A program made the position numbers and the translations under genes. From contig OZ246001.1 in assembly GCA_965230295.1 (NCBI GenBank), positions 928,001 to 992,000 of the forward strand: a stretch of DNA of 64,000 nucleotides. Reading direction: 5' to 3'. The notes under the pieces are model-generated. The model ran no database searches and was not told where the DNA came from. It was given only the letters and a program-made list of their open reading frames with translations. Positions 38,061-49,553 of this stretch are shown here, piece after piece. The stretch is from Marinicella sp. GTDB taxonomy: Bacteria > Pseudomonadota > Gammaproteobacteria > Xanthomonadales > Marinicellaceae. Position 1 is the first letter of the stretch. Each line of letters begins with the position of its first letter.

Positions 38061-38996
38061 TTAAAACCCGTAACCAAACTCATCCAGGAATTTTTGACGA
38101 AAATCTTTCTTAGAAATGTAATGGTTTTGAGTGCCAGCAGTGGCAATTTTTATGCTCCCCAATAAAGAAGCAATGCGACCAGTGGTTTGAAAATCCAAAC
38201 CATTGGTCAAGCCATACAACAGGCCTGCACGGTAAGCATCTCCACAACCTGTGGGATCAACCACTTTTTCTGCCTTAACCACAGGGATGTGATACATGGT
38301 GCCATCGGCATATATTTCCGAGCCTTTTTCACCACGGGTTACGATCAAAGCATCCAGGTGCTTGGCAATTTCACGGGCATCCATACCGGTTCGATCATGC
38401 ACCAACTCATACTCATAATCATTCACTGCCATCCAAGTGGCTTGCTCAATGAACTGCTTCAAGTCATCGCCATCGAACAAAGGCATGGCCTGACCTGGAT
38501 CAAAAATAAACGGAATACCTGAATCGGCAAATTCGGTGGCATGCTGAATCATGCCATCTCTGCCATCTGGGCCAACGATTCCAATAGCAATGTCATCATA
38601 ATCTTTGACATGATTTTCATGAGAACAGTTCATGGCGCCCGGGTGGAAAGCGGTGATTTGGTTGTTCTTCATATCGGTGGTGATATAAGCTTGTGGAGTA
38701 AAGTAGCTTTCTTTTATTTTGATGGCTTCTAATGAAACGCCTAAACTTTGTAACCTTTGTCCGTAAACATCGAAATCTCCACCCACAACACCCATGGGTA
38801 CAGGAGTGCCACCAATCATCTTTAAATTATAAGCGATGTTGCCTGCCACACCACCAAACACCCGACTCAATGTGGGCACCATAAAGGATATATTCAGTTT
38901 GTGTATTTGGTCTGGCAAAATATGATTGGCAAATTCATCTTCGAATACCATGATGTTGTCGAAGGCCAATGACCCACAAATTAACGCTCTACTCAT
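38061..38996 (-). CDS. PfkB-family carbohydrate/adenosine kinase
   Basis: GSLAFD, GGVAGNIAY, FDPGQ, VDPTGCGDAYRAG. Confidence 0.9.
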   Translation of the reverse strand: MSRALICGSLAFDNIMVFEDEFANHILPDQIHKLNISFMVPTLSRVFGGVAGNIAYNLKMIGGTPVPMGVVGGDFDVYGQRLQSLGVSLEAIKIKESYFTPQAYITTDMKNNQITAFHPGAMNCSHENHVKDYDDIAIGIVGPDGRDGMIQHATEFADSGIPFIFDPGQAMPLFDGDDLKQFIEQATWMAVNDYEYELVHDRTGMDAREIAKHLDALIVTRGEKGSEIYADGTMYHIPVVKAEKVVDPTGCGDAYRAGLLYGLTNGLDFQTTGRIASLLGSIKIATAGTQNHYISKKDFRQKFLDEFGYGF

Positions 38997-39116
38997 TAAA
39001 AGAAACCTCAGAATAATTAGTTAGAATTTCTGTCAAACAGAAAAAGCGCCTATCTTACCATGTAGCAGTCATGTTCTTTATAAAATATACCTGCGTGAAA
39101 ATCAATCGACCCAAGG

Positions 39117-39215
39117 GCTGAAGTTGTTACGGTCTGTCTCATCGTTGCTTGTCTCGTGAAGGACTTGCCATTCACTTCTACGAGGCGCCTTGATCAAGCC
39201 CGTAACAACTTCAGC
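39117..39215. repeat. ~100-bp MITE-like element with 16-bp inverted repeats
   Basis: GCTGAAGTTGTTACGG (39117-39132) and CCGTAACAACTTCAGC (39200-39215) are perfect reverse complements. The interior is non-coding. Confidence 0.65.
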
Positions 39216-39228
39216 AGAAACCCTCAAA

Positions 39229-40680
39229 TCACTCTGGAGTTTCTTGTAAAAATTCCTCTAATAATTGTTTGGTTTGCACTGGATTGGCCTGTCCTTTGGT
39301 TTGTTTCATGATTTGGCCAACAAAATAATTGAACATCTTATCATTGCCGCCCCGGTAACTGGCCACTTGATCCGGGTTGGCATCAATCACTTGTTTAACC
39401 AATTCGGTTAAGGCCGATGCATCAGATATTTGTGCCAAACCTTGGTTGCTGATGATGTCAGCAGCCGATTCACCGCTGTCCCACATGTCTTCAAGTACTT
39501 GCTTGGCCACCTTTCTCGATATGCTGCCATCAGCCACCTGATCCAACAGGCCGGCATAAGCCTTGGCATCAATTGGGCTGTTGGTGATGGAAGCACTTTG
39601 GGTATTGAGCAAGGCGCTGAATTCGCCCAGTAAAAACTTGGCATTCAAATCGGCAGCGGCTTTTGATTGGGCATCACTTTGTTCAAAGTATTGTGACATT
39701 TGCATGTCGTTTGCAATGATTTCGGCATCATCAGCCTTGATCCCCATGGTCTCAACATAGCGTTTGATTTTTGCTTCAGGAAATTCAGGCAAATGGGCTT
39801 TTTGCGTTTCCACCATTTCCCGCGGAATACTGATGGGCAGTTGATCAGGGTCTGGAAAATACCGGTAATCATTGGCATTCTCTTTGCTGCGCATTGAGCG
39901 TGTCTGGTCCTTATCGGCATCATACAATCGTGTTTCTTGAACCACAGATCCACCCGATTCAAGAATTTTAATCTGTCGTTTGGCCTCATGGTTGATGGCC
40001 TTTTCAATAAACCTGAATGAATTCAGGTTTTTAATCTCCGCTCGGGTGCCCAATTCATTTTGACCCACCGGGCGCACTGAAACATTGGCATCACAACGGA
40101 ATGACCCCTCTTGTAAGTTACCATCACAGATACCCAAGTGCGTCACTCGGGTATAAATTTCTCGCATGTAAGCCACCGCTTCTTTGGCATTTGACATCTG
40201 TGGCTCAGATACCACTTCAATCAATGGCGTTCCGGCTCGATTCAAATCAATTGCAGAGTATTGGTCGTACTTATCATGGATAGATTTACCCGCATCTTCT
40301 TCCAAATGGGCGCGGGTAATCTCAATGGTTTTGTCTCCATTTTCAGTCTTGATCACGATGTGGCCCTTGCCGACTATGGGGTCGTCCATTTGACTGATTT
40401 GATACCCTTTGGGCAAATCCGGATAAAAGTAATTTTTCCTGGCAAATACCGTCACTTCAGGAATTTCGGCATCAACCGACAAACCAAACCGAATGGCATA
40501 TTCCAATGCTTTTTGATTGATGACAGGTAAGGTTCCAGGCAAGCCTGCATCCAAGAAACTGACTTGAGAGTTGGGCGCCGCACCATAACTGGCTTTCATC
40601 CCGGAAAACAACTTGCTGTTGGTGTCTAAGCGCACATGAATTTCCAGACCAATCACCATTTCCCATTGTTGCTGGCTCAT
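39229..40680 (-). CDS. gatB: Asp/Glu-tRNA amidotransferase subunit B
   Basis: VIGLEIH, RKNYFYPDLPKGYQISQ, HLEEDAGK, MRSKENANDYRYFPDPD. Confidence 0.98.
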   Translation of the reverse strand: MSQQQWEMVIGLEIHVRLDTNSKLFSGMKASYGAAPNSQVSFLDAGLPGTLPVINQKALEYAIRFGLSVDAEIPEVTVFARKNYFYPDLPKGYQISQMDDPIVGKGHIVIKTENGDKTIEITRAHLEEDAGKSIHDKYDQYSAIDLNRAGTPLIEVVSEPQMSNAKEAVAYMREIYTRVTHLGICDGNLQEGSFRCDANVSVRPVGQNELGTRAEIKNLNSFRFIEKAINHEAKRQIKILESGGSVVQETRLYDADKDQTRSMRSKENANDYRYFPDPDQLPISIPREMVETQKAHLPEFPEAKIKRYVETMGIKADDAEIIANDMQMSQYFEQSDAQSKAAADLNAKFLLGEFSALLNTQSASITNSPIDAKAYAGLLDQVADGSISRKVAKQVLEDMWDSGESAADIISNQGLAQISDASALTELVKQVIDANPDQVASYRGGNDKMFNYFVGQIMKQTKGQANPVQTKQLLEEFLQETPE

Positions 40681-42125
40681 AAGAACGCCTCCGGCACCTG
40701 CAAATGATGTGTTGTTTGTTGTTGGTATTTATCTGCCACAGACAAAATGCCCTGTTCATCGAAATACCGGCCAATCAACTGCAGGCCCACGGGTAAACCG
40801 CCACTGAAACCAATCGGCATAGATAAGCAAGGCAACCCAGCCAATGAAGCCGGGATGGTGAACTGATCGGCTTGATACATGCTGACACCGTCTGTTTTTT
40901 CGCCATGTTTAAATGCCACCTCTGGTGTCACTGGACAAGCCATCAAATCAACATCGGCAAATGCTTTTTTAAAATCATCACTGATCAGGCGTCTGACTTT
41001 CTGTGCTTTCAAATAATAAGCATCGTAATAGCCAGAAGACAAAGCCCAGGCACCAATCATGATGCGTTTTTGTACCTCTTCACCGAACCCTTCAGAACGA
41101 CTGTGTCGGTATAGTGATTCTAAATCGCCAATTTGTTTTGTTTGATGGCCAAATCGCACGCCATCAAAACGAGACAAATTGGATGAACATTCAGCAGGGG
41201 CTAAAATATAATACGCAGATACAGCCAGGTCAGCATGAGGTAATTCAATGTCTACGATTTCAGCGCCTTGGCTTTTAAAATGTGCCATGGCATCCAATGT
41301 GACCTTTTTGATGCCTTCGTCTTGCAAAGCATCTATCCAGGCACTGACCACGCCCACTTTCAAACCTGATAATTCTGGCGTAGATGGTTTCTGCCAAGAA
41401 AATTGGGGTTGTTGTGCAGATGTTGAGTCCATTACATCATGTCCTGACATGGCAGACAACACCAAGCCACAATCATCAGCCCTCGGTGCCATCACACCAC
41501 CCTGGTCCAATGAAGAAGCAAAGGCCACCATGCCGTAACGAGAGACCCTGCCATAACTGGGCTTGATGCCAGTGATGCCGCAAAAGGCTGCGGGTTGCCT
41601 GATTGATCCACCGGTATCTGTACCCGTGGCTATGGGCGTCATTCTGGCGGCCACTGCTGCTGCCGAACCACCGGAAGAACCTCCTGGAACACGGTCCTGT
41701 GCCCAAGGATTGATCGCTGCACCAAAAGCAGAATGCTCATTGGAAGATCCCATGGCAAATTCATCCATATTGGCTTTACCTAAAGACACCATGCCTTGAT
41801 CAGACAGTTTTTGTACCACAGTGGCGTTGTATGGTGGGATGAACTCACTGAGCATCTTGGACCCACAGGTGGTTTTTACACCCTCGGTACAAAATAAATC
41901 TTTGTGGACCAATGGAATACCTGCCAACATGGATTCATTTGATGAGACCAAAGACTGCGCTTGCATCACTTCGGCTGCGTTTAATTCAGGGTTGAGCGTA
42001 ATCAATGCGTGGATGTTTGGGTTGAATGCTTTGGCGCGGTCATAATACAAACCACACAATTCTTGCACACTGATTTGCTTGGCAGCCAGCATGGCTGACA
42101 TTTCGCGTATACTGAGGTTGATCAT
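40677..42125 (-). CDS. gatA: Asp/Glu-tRNA amidotransferase subunit A
   Basis: Amidase signature PGGSSGGSAAAV, GTDTGGSIRQPAA, SSNLSRFDG. Confidence 0.98.
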   Translation of the reverse strand: MINLSIREMSAMLAAKQISVQELCGLYYDRAKAFNPNIHALITLNPELNAAEVMQAQSLVSSNESMLAGIPLVHKDLFCTEGVKTTCGSKMLSEFIPPYNATVVQKLSDQGMVSLGKANMDEFAMGSSNEHSAFGAAINPWAQDRVPGGSSGGSAAAVAARMTPIATGTDTGGSIRQPAAFCGITGIKPSYGRVSRYGMVAFASSLDQGGVMAPRADDCGLVLSAMSGHDVMDSTSAQQPQFSWQKPSTPELSGLKVGVVSAWIDALQDEGIKKVTLDAMAHFKSQGAEIVDIELPHADLAVSAYYILAPAECSSNLSRFDGVRFGHQTKQIGDLESLYRHSRSEGFGEEVQKRIMIGAWALSSGYYDAYYLKAQKVRRLISDDFKKAFADVDLMACPVTPEVAFKHGEKTDGVSMYQADQFTIPASLAGLPCLSMPIGFSGGLPVGLQLIGRYFDEQGILSVADKYQQQTTHHLQVPEAFL

Positions 42126-42409
42126 TCAATCACCTTAGGAACCAAATAGTGGTCATCATCGGCATGCGCAGCCAATGCCAACAAAGCCTGTTTATGAGAG
42201 GAATCAGTGACTGTATCTTGACGGGTCATTTGCCATGCATCATTGGGATGAGCCATGGGTTTAATGGCCGTTGTATTGGCGTCATTGACGTGCTCAATCA
42301 TGTCCATCACTTGATTCAATGAAGCAGTGATCTCACTGACTTGATCATCAGGTATATTCAGCTGCGCCAAGGCAGCAATTTCTTCTAATTCTTTACGATT
42401 AATTGACAT
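42122..42409 (-). CDS. gatC: Asp/Glu-tRNA amidotransferase subunit C
   Basis: IAALAQL...PMAHP...YLVPKVIE. Overlaps the gatA start. Confidence 0.95.
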   Translation of the reverse strand: MSINRKELEEIAALAQLNIPDDQVSEITASLNQVMDMIEHVNDANTTAIKPMAHPNDAWQMTRQDTVTDSSHKQALLALAAHADDDHYLVPKVIE

Positions 42410-42433
42410 TTAGGTAGTAGGATTCATATATAA

Positions 42434-43564
<1,131 letters not shown>

Positions 43565-43597
43565 TTTGAACATGAAAACAACCACGTTTTATTTTCA

Positions 43598-44443
43598 ATG
43601 GACAACCTGAAAAGCAACCAGAAAATAACCCAATCTCCACTGTTTAAATTTTTAATACTGGAATTCATCTGCATGCTGTTGATGATTTCTGATAAAAATA
43701 ATCAACTGGCCCAACCCATCAGGAACACTTTGTCACTGGCAGCCATTCCATTGATCAAACTCATCGAATGGCCCCAGGAAATTTATCAAATAGCTGAAAT
43801 TGCGGTTTCCAGACAGGCCAATTTGATCCAGGAAAATAACGAACTCAAAGAACAACTGTTGGATGCTGAGCTAAAAGTACAACAAAACGTATCTTTGGTG
43901 GCCGAGAATGAAAGGTTGCGGACCATGTTGGCGGCCACTCAGACTTCACCTTTGACCACCAGCGTGGCATTTGTCTCTAACATCAGCCAAACACAGAAAA
44001 CACAACATGTGGTGATTGACCAAGGCAGCCAGGATGATCTGTTTGTTGGTCAAGCCGTGCTGAATTTGGATGGTGTGATTGGCCAAATTGATGTACTGGG
44101 TCATAATTTTGCCCATGTTATTTTGATCACCGACCAAACCCACGCGATACCCATCGAAATACTGCGGACAGGTATGCGCACCATCGCTTATGGCAATGGT
44201 GAGGCAATCGTGTTGACTGAAATTCCCACCAGTGCCGACATCAAAACGGGAGATATTTTGGTGACATCAGGATTCGGCAACCGCTTTCCACGAGGCTTGA
44301 AGTTGGCTGAGATTCAAGAACTGGACGTCAGCCCTGATCGCACCTTTAAAACAGCCAATGCCAAACCATTTGCCCAACTGGATCGCCTGACAGAAGTGTT
44401 CTTGATCTGGCCCAATGATCCTTCAGACCCAGCTGATGAATAA
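43598..44443 (+). CDS. mreC: Rod shape-determining protein MreC
   Basis: Coiled coil ENERLR, GDILVTSG..RFPRG. Synteny with mreB. Confidence 0.93.
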   Translation: MDNLKSNQKITQSPLFKFLILEFICMLLMISDKNNQLAQPIRNTLSLAAIPLIKLIEWPQEIYQIAEIAVSRQANLIQENNELKEQLLDAELKVQQNVSLVAENERLRTMLAATQTSPLTTSVAFVSNISQTQKTQHVVIDQGSQDDLFVGQAVLNLDGVIGQIDVLGHNFAHVILITDQTHAIPIEILRTGMRTIAYGNGEAIVLTEIPTSADIKTGDILVTSGFGNRFPRGLKLAEIQELDVSPDRTFKTANAKPFAQLDRLTEVFLIWPNDPSDPADE

Positions 44444-44927
44444 TAAGATCAACAACCACAATACAATGTTGATGCACCTGTCTATCTTGGGTGCCATATT
44501 GTTGAGCTTGTTACCCTTGCCTGATCAGTTGGCTTTGTTCCAACCCCATTGGGTGGCTTTGTTAATTGCCTACTGGTCTTTGTATGCTGCCAACAGTCGT
44601 GTCATGTATGTGGCCTTTGCCTATGGTCTTTTGGTAGACATCTTGATGGGCAGCCTGCTAGGCAAGCATGGCATGTCTTTGGTGGCCTTGTCATTCTTGG
44701 TCACAAAATCCGCCAAACAATTACGGATGACCTCTTTTTGGCAGTTGTTGATGATGGTTCTGGTGTGGCTATTCAATGACATTGTTATCAGGGCGGTTAT
44801 AGATTGGCTCAGTTATCGATACCAACCGGAGCTAAGTGATTTGTTGCCGTTGATTACCGCCGCATTGGTTTGGCCTTGGTTGAAATACCTGATGGATCGA
44901 ATACAAACAAACATGCGCAGTTCCTGA
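44415..44927 (+). CDS. mreD: Rod shape-determining protein MreD
   Basis: PHWVALLIAYW, GLLVDILMGSLLG. Synteny. Confidence 0.9.
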   Translation: MILQTQLMNNKINNHNTMLMHLSILGAILLSLLPLPDQLALFQPHWVALLIAYWSLYAANSRVMYVAFAYGLLVDILMGSLLGKHGMSLVALSFLVTKSAKQLRMTSFWQLLMMVLVWLFNDIVIRAVIDWLSYRYQPELSDLLPLITAALVWPWLKYLMDRIQTNMRSS

Positions 44928-44928
44928 C

Positions 44929-46749
44929 ATGATGGACCAGCAACTCAAACAACCGTTCAAAGAAAGAAGAATTTTCACCGAAAGAGTCATCGTTTCTGTG
45001 GTGATTGTCAGTTTGATTTTTTTGCTGTTGTTAAGCCGGTATTTTTACCTGCAAGTGATTAAGCATCAAGATTACAGCAGTCAAGCAGATCAAAACAAAA
45101 TTAAGTTCAGTCGAATCAACCCTACACGCGGATTAATTTATGATCGAAATGGCGTTTTATTGGCGGAAAACATCACCACTTACCGATTAGAAGTCACGCC
45201 TGAAAAGACCAAAGACTTGCAACAAAAATTACAAAGCATTCGATCCATTATCGGTTTTGATGATGAACACCTGGAAAAGCTCAAGGAACAACTAAAATAC
45301 AATCCAGTCTTTAAACCACTGACGGTAAAAGCCAAACTCTCGGAGATTGAGGTCGCCCAGTTTGCCGTACAAAAACACCACTACCCCGGGTTTTCAATCA
45401 AACCCTATTTGAACAGAAAATACTTATACCCTTACGAGTTATCTCATTTATTAGGCTATGTCGGTAAAATCAGTCAATTCGAATTCAACCGCCAAGACCC
45501 TGACATATATGCCCAGGACGATTATTTTGGCAAAGCAGGGATTGAAAAGTATTATGAAAACAGTTTACATGGCATACCCGGCCAATTGATCACCGAAATC
45601 AATGCCAAGGGCAAACAGCTGAAACAAGAAATTCAATCGCCCCCAACCAACGGAACCAACCTAACCTTAACCATAGACATGAGCCTTCAGCTGGCAGCGT
45701 ATCAAGCGTTTGGCGATGAAACTGGCGCAGCGATAGCCGTTAACCCCCAAAATGGCGAAATCTTGGCCATGGTTTCTAAACCGGGCTATGACACCAATCA
45801 GTTCATTTATGGCATCAGTCAACAAAATTTTGATTTATTGGCCAACTCACCTGAAAAACCCTTGTTTGATCGCAGTATCAAGGGTGGTTATGAGCCAGGT
45901 TCCACAATCAAGCCTTACATTGCCTTGGCTGGCTTATATCACCGATTGATCACACCAGATACGACACTGGTATCAAATGGTTACTTCCAACTCCCCAAAC
46001 AAGAGCGGCGCTACCATGACTGGAAACAAGGCGGCCACGGTGAAGTTGATGTGGTGGATTCATTGGCTGAGTCAGTCAACGTATTCTTCTATGATTTGGC
46101 TTATCGATTGGGTATCGATAACATCCACGGGTTTTTGGCACCATTTAAATTCGGGCACATCACCGGCATCGATATTGCCGGCGAGAAAAAAGGTATACTG
46201 CCGTCCAGAGAATGGAAACAAGCCAATCGCAACATGATATGGTTTCCAGGGGAAACGGTGATCACAGGTATTGGCCAAGGGTATTTTGTGATCACCCCAG
46301 TACAAATGGCCCAAGCCTTGTCAGTACTGGCATCGAAAGGACAGATCAACCCGTTGCATTTGGTACAAAAAGCAACCACACCCAACACTTTGCCCTTTGT
46401 GATCAGTGAAAACCATTGGAGTACCGTTCACCAAGGCATGACGGATGTGGTTAACGCCGTCAATGGTACAGCCCGTTCCATTCAATCACCAGATTATTTG
46501 ATTGCAGGTAAAAGTGGCACTTCCCAGGTGTTTGGTAAAAGCGAAGAAGACATCTACAAAAAAGACGAAGAATTACCAAAACACCTAAGAAATCACGCTT
46601 TGTTCATTGCTTTTGCGCCAGCGGAACAACCTGAAATAGCCGTGGTGGTGGTGGCTGAGCATGGCGCCAGCGGTACCAAAGCAGCCGCCCCGATTGCCCG
46701 CAGCATCATCGATGCTTACATGCTAAAGAGAACCAGCGAAGGGACCTGA
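44929..46749 (+). CDS. mrdA: Penicillin-binding protein 2
   Basis: PTRGLIYDRNG, SxxK (GSTIK), SxN (SVN), KSG. Synteny. Confidence 0.96.
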   Translation: MMDQQLKQPFKERRIFTERVIVSVVIVSLIFLLLLSRYFYLQVIKHQDYSSQADQNKIKFSRINPTRGLIYDRNGVLLAENITTYRLEVTPEKTKDLQQKLQSIRSIIGFDDEHLEKLKEQLKYNPVFKPLTVKAKLSEIEVAQFAVQKHHYPGFSIKPYLNRKYLYPYELSHLLGYVGKISQFEFNRQDPDIYAQDDYFGKAGIEKYYENSLHGIPGQLITEINAKGKQLKQEIQSPPTNGTNLTLTIDMSLQLAAYQAFGDETGAAIAVNPQNGEILAMVSKPGYDTNQFIYGISQQNFDLLANSPEKPLFDRSIKGGYEPGSTIKPYIALAGLYHRLITPDTTLVSNGYFQLPKQERRYHDWKQGGHGEVDVVDSLAESVNVFFYDLAYRLGIDNIHGFLAPFKFGHITGIDIAGEKKGILPSREWKQANRNMIWFPGETVITGIGQGYFVITPVQMAQALSVLASKGQINPLHLVQKATTPNTLPFVISENHWSTVHQGMTDVVNAVNGTARSIQSPDYLIAGKSGTSQVFGKSEEDIYKKDEELPKHLRNHALFIAFAPAEQPEIAVVVVAEHGASGTKAAAPIARSIIDAYMLKRTSEGT

Positions 46750-47825
46750 TGAAAAAACGATTTTTCACATACATTCCAGACCCTTTTTTAATGACATTGC
46801 TGCTGTTGGTTTTGGGTTTTGGGTTGGTGGTTTTGTACAGTGCCGGGGGCATGGTCCTGGTTGAACGGCAAGCGATTCGAATTGGTTTGGGTTTGTTTGG
46901 CCTGTATTTCATTACCCAGATCAGACCTGAACGGTTTGAACAATTTTCGCCTTTGGTTTATTTAGGCTCAGTGATGTTGTTGGTGGCGGTCTTCTTTTTT
47001 GGCATCACGGTGAAAGGCGCGCAACGTTGGCTGGACTTAGGCATCAGCATTCAACCATCGGAACTGTGCAAGATTTCTCTGCCCATGATGGTTGCCTGGA
47101 TCTTTCGGCACACACCCTTGCCTCCCAATTGGAAACATTTACTGGCTGCAGCGGTCGTGATTGGAGTGTGTACGGGGTTGATTTATAAACAACCTGATTT
47201 AGGCACCTCAATTTTGGTGGCTGCCAGTGGCTTATTTGTGATTTTCCTGGCTGGCATTTCCTGGCGATTGATTATGGGTGCCGGTCTATTGGTAGGCTTG
47301 TCATTACCCGTCTTATGGCAATTCCTCCATGAGTACCAAAAACAACGCGTGTTGATGTTTTTAAACCCTGAAGCAGATCCGTTGAACCATGGCTGGAACA
47401 TCATTCAGTCTAAGATTGCCATTGGCTCTGGAGGCTTTTGGGGTAAGGGCTGGACGATGGGCAGCCAAACCCAGCTGGACTTTTTACCAGAACATTCTAC
47501 TGACTTTATCCTCTCGGTGTTGTCTGAAGAATTTGGCTTTTTTGGGGTATTGATGCTGTTCTTGTTGTACTTCATGATCATCATGCGATGCTTCTTCATC
47601 GCCCAACAAGCAAAAAACACCTACAATCGTTTGGTTTGTGGGGCACTTACTTTGATTTTCTTTGTCTACATTACCATCAATGCTGGCATGATATCAGGTG
47701 TGTTGCCGGTGGTGGGTGTACCACTGCCGCTGGTCAGTTATGGAGGTACATCAGTACTTACATTAATGGCATCATTTGGTATCATAACTTCTGTTCACTC
47801 ACATAAAAAATTAATACAACAATGA
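46749..47825 (+). CDS. rodA: Rod shape-determining protein RodA (SEDS)
   Basis: GAQRW, QPSE, QPDLGT, FLPEHSTDFI, PLVSYGG. Confidence 0.96.
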   Translation: MKKRFFTYIPDPFLMTLLLLVLGFGLVVLYSAGGMVLVERQAIRIGLGLFGLYFITQIRPERFEQFSPLVYLGSVMLLVAVFFFGITVKGAQRWLDLGISIQPSELCKISLPMMVAWIFRHTPLPPNWKHLLAAAVVIGVCTGLIYKQPDLGTSILVAASGLFVIFLAGISWRLIMGAGLLVGLSLPVLWQFLHEYQKQRVLMFLNPEADPLNHGWNIIQSKIAIGSGGFWGKGWTMGSQTQLDFLPEHSTDFILSVLSEEFGFFGVLMLFLLYFMIIMRCFFIAQQAKNTYNRLVCGALTLIFFVYITINAGMISGVLPVVGVPLPLVSYGGTSVLTLMASFGIITSVHSHKKLIQQ

Positions 47826-48784
47826 AAACGACTCTCTTTTTAAGTTTCACCCTGATGTTCACACTGATTTCAACTTTGGCTGTGGCAAAAGTTGACCTCC
47901 GACAAGTTGATGAATTCATCCAAACAACAGCCAAAGATAACGGCCTTGACCCCCAATGGGTTCGGCAGATTATTTCTCAAGCCAACCACCAACAAAGCAT
48001 CATCGATGCCATGAACAAACCAGCTGAAAAAACCCTAAAATGGTTTGAGTACAGAAAGATTTTTATGACTGAAAAGCGCACCCGTGAAGGGGTTGAGTTC
48101 TGGCAAAAACACCAAGCAGTGTTGGATCAGGTCTCCACAGAAACAGGTGTTCCTTCAGAAGTTATAGTAGCCATCATTGGCGTTGAAACTTTTTACGGGC
48201 GCATCATGGGCAACCACAAGGTACTTGATGCCTTATACACTTTGGCATTTGATTACCCCAAACGCTCCAAATTTTTCACCAGTGAATTGAAACACTTTTT
48301 ATTGTTAGCTCAAGAAAATCACGTCGACCCTTTAGCAGCCAAAGGATCCTATGCAGGGGCGATGGGTTTTGGGCAATTCATGCCTTCCAGTTATCGCCAT
48401 TATGCAGTGGATTACGAGTCAGACAAACGGATTGATCTGTTGAACAATCCCCAAGATGCCATTGCCAGTGTTGCTAATTATCTGAAAAAACACAAATGGC
48501 AACCAGGTGGCGAAGTTTTGAAAGCCATAGAAAAACCCAATTTAGAAGTTAAATATAACCAACTGAAGCCACATCTTGAGGACCACAAACGCAAGCAAAA
48601 ATTCACCGTTCTGAAATTAGACTTGGCCGAAGGAGAGCAAGCCTACTGGCAAGGGTTCAATAACTTTTATGTGATCTCAAGATACAACCATTCACACATG
48701 TATGTGAATGCCGTTTACCAACTTTCACAAGCCATCAAGGCCATGAAAGATGGCACCACAGTGGCCCAAGAGTACACGCGATGA
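47822..48784 (+). CDS. mltB: Lytic murein transglycosylase B
   Basis: AIIGVETFYG, GSYAGAMGFGQFMPSSY, ISRYNHS. Confidence 0.95.
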   Translation: MKTTLFLSFTLMFTLISTLAVAKVDLRQVDEFIQTTAKDNGLDPQWVRQIISQANHQQSIIDAMNKPAEKTLKWFEYRKIFMTEKRTREGVEFWQKHQAVLDQVSTETGVPSEVIVAIIGVETFYGRIMGNHKVLDALYTLAFDYPKRSKFFTSELKHFLLLAQENHVDPLAAKGSYAGAMGFGQFMPSSYRHYAVDYESDKRIDLLNNPQDAIASVANYLKKHKWQPGGEVLKAIEKPNLEVKYNQLKPHLEDHKRKQKFTVLKLDLAEGEQAYWQGFNNFYVISRYNHSHMYVNAVYQLSQAIKAMKDGTTVAQEYTR

Positions 48785-49548
48785 TCAGGCCGATGTTGCG
48801 ATTAATGACATTGATTTTGATCTCCAGCTTGTTGGTAACAGGTTGCGGTAGAAAAGATCGGTACAAAGACATCGATACCAGTAAGATCAAACCTTGGGTG
48901 CCAAAATCTGAACCCTTAAGTAAATATGGCAATCACAGCCCATATCGCGTCTATGGCAAGGTGTATAGAGTCAACAACAATCCAGCGGGGTACACCGAAA
49001 CAGGCAAAGCCTCATGGTATGGCAAAAAATTTCACGGTCGTCCCACTTCCAATCAAGAAGTATTTGACATGTATAAACTGACTGCTGCGCACAAAACCCT
49101 GCCCTTACCAAGCTACGTTGAAGTGACTAATTTAAAGAACAATAAGCAGGTGGTTGTCAGGGTCAATGACCGGGGTCCTTTCGTGGGTGACCGCATCATC
49201 GATTTGTCTTATGCAGCAGCCAAGGCACTGGATTTTGTTCACGAAGGCATTGCAGAAGTAAAAATCCGAGTGGTGAATTCTCCCAAAGATTTGCAAAAAA
49301 ACCCGATCAAACAAGGCCTGACCTATCTTCAATTGGGTGCTTTTGCTGATAAGAATGCCGCTTATAATTTGGCAAAAAAAGCCAGTCAACTACTTGGAAT
49401 TGAAACCTTTGTCACCATATTATCAACCCAATCTGGTGCCCTGCATAGAGTCAGAATTGGTCCCGTACAATCTGAGACCTTGGTTAACCAGTTGATCAAC
49501 AAAATAACCGCCAATGGCATCCCTGATGCCAAAGTGATTACAGAGTAA
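48781..49548 (+). CDS. rlpA: Septal lytic transglycosylase RlpA (DPBB + SPOR)
   Basis: Lipobox LVTGC, GKASWYG, TAAHKTLPLP, VNDRGPF, SPOR LQLGAF. Confidence 0.95.
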   Translation: MIRPMLRLMTLILISSLLVTGCGRKDRYKDIDTSKIKPWVPKSEPLSKYGNHSPYRVYGKVYRVNNNPAGYTETGKASWYGKKFHGRPTSNQEVFDMYKLTAAHKTLPLPSYVEVTNLKNNKQVVVRVNDRGPFVGDRIIDLSYAAAKALDFVHEGIAEVKIRVVNSPKDLQKNPIKQGLTYLQLGAFADKNAAYNLAKKASQLLGIETFVTILSTQSGALHRVRIGPVQSETLVNQLINKITANGIPDAKVITE

Positions 49549-49553
49549 AATCC

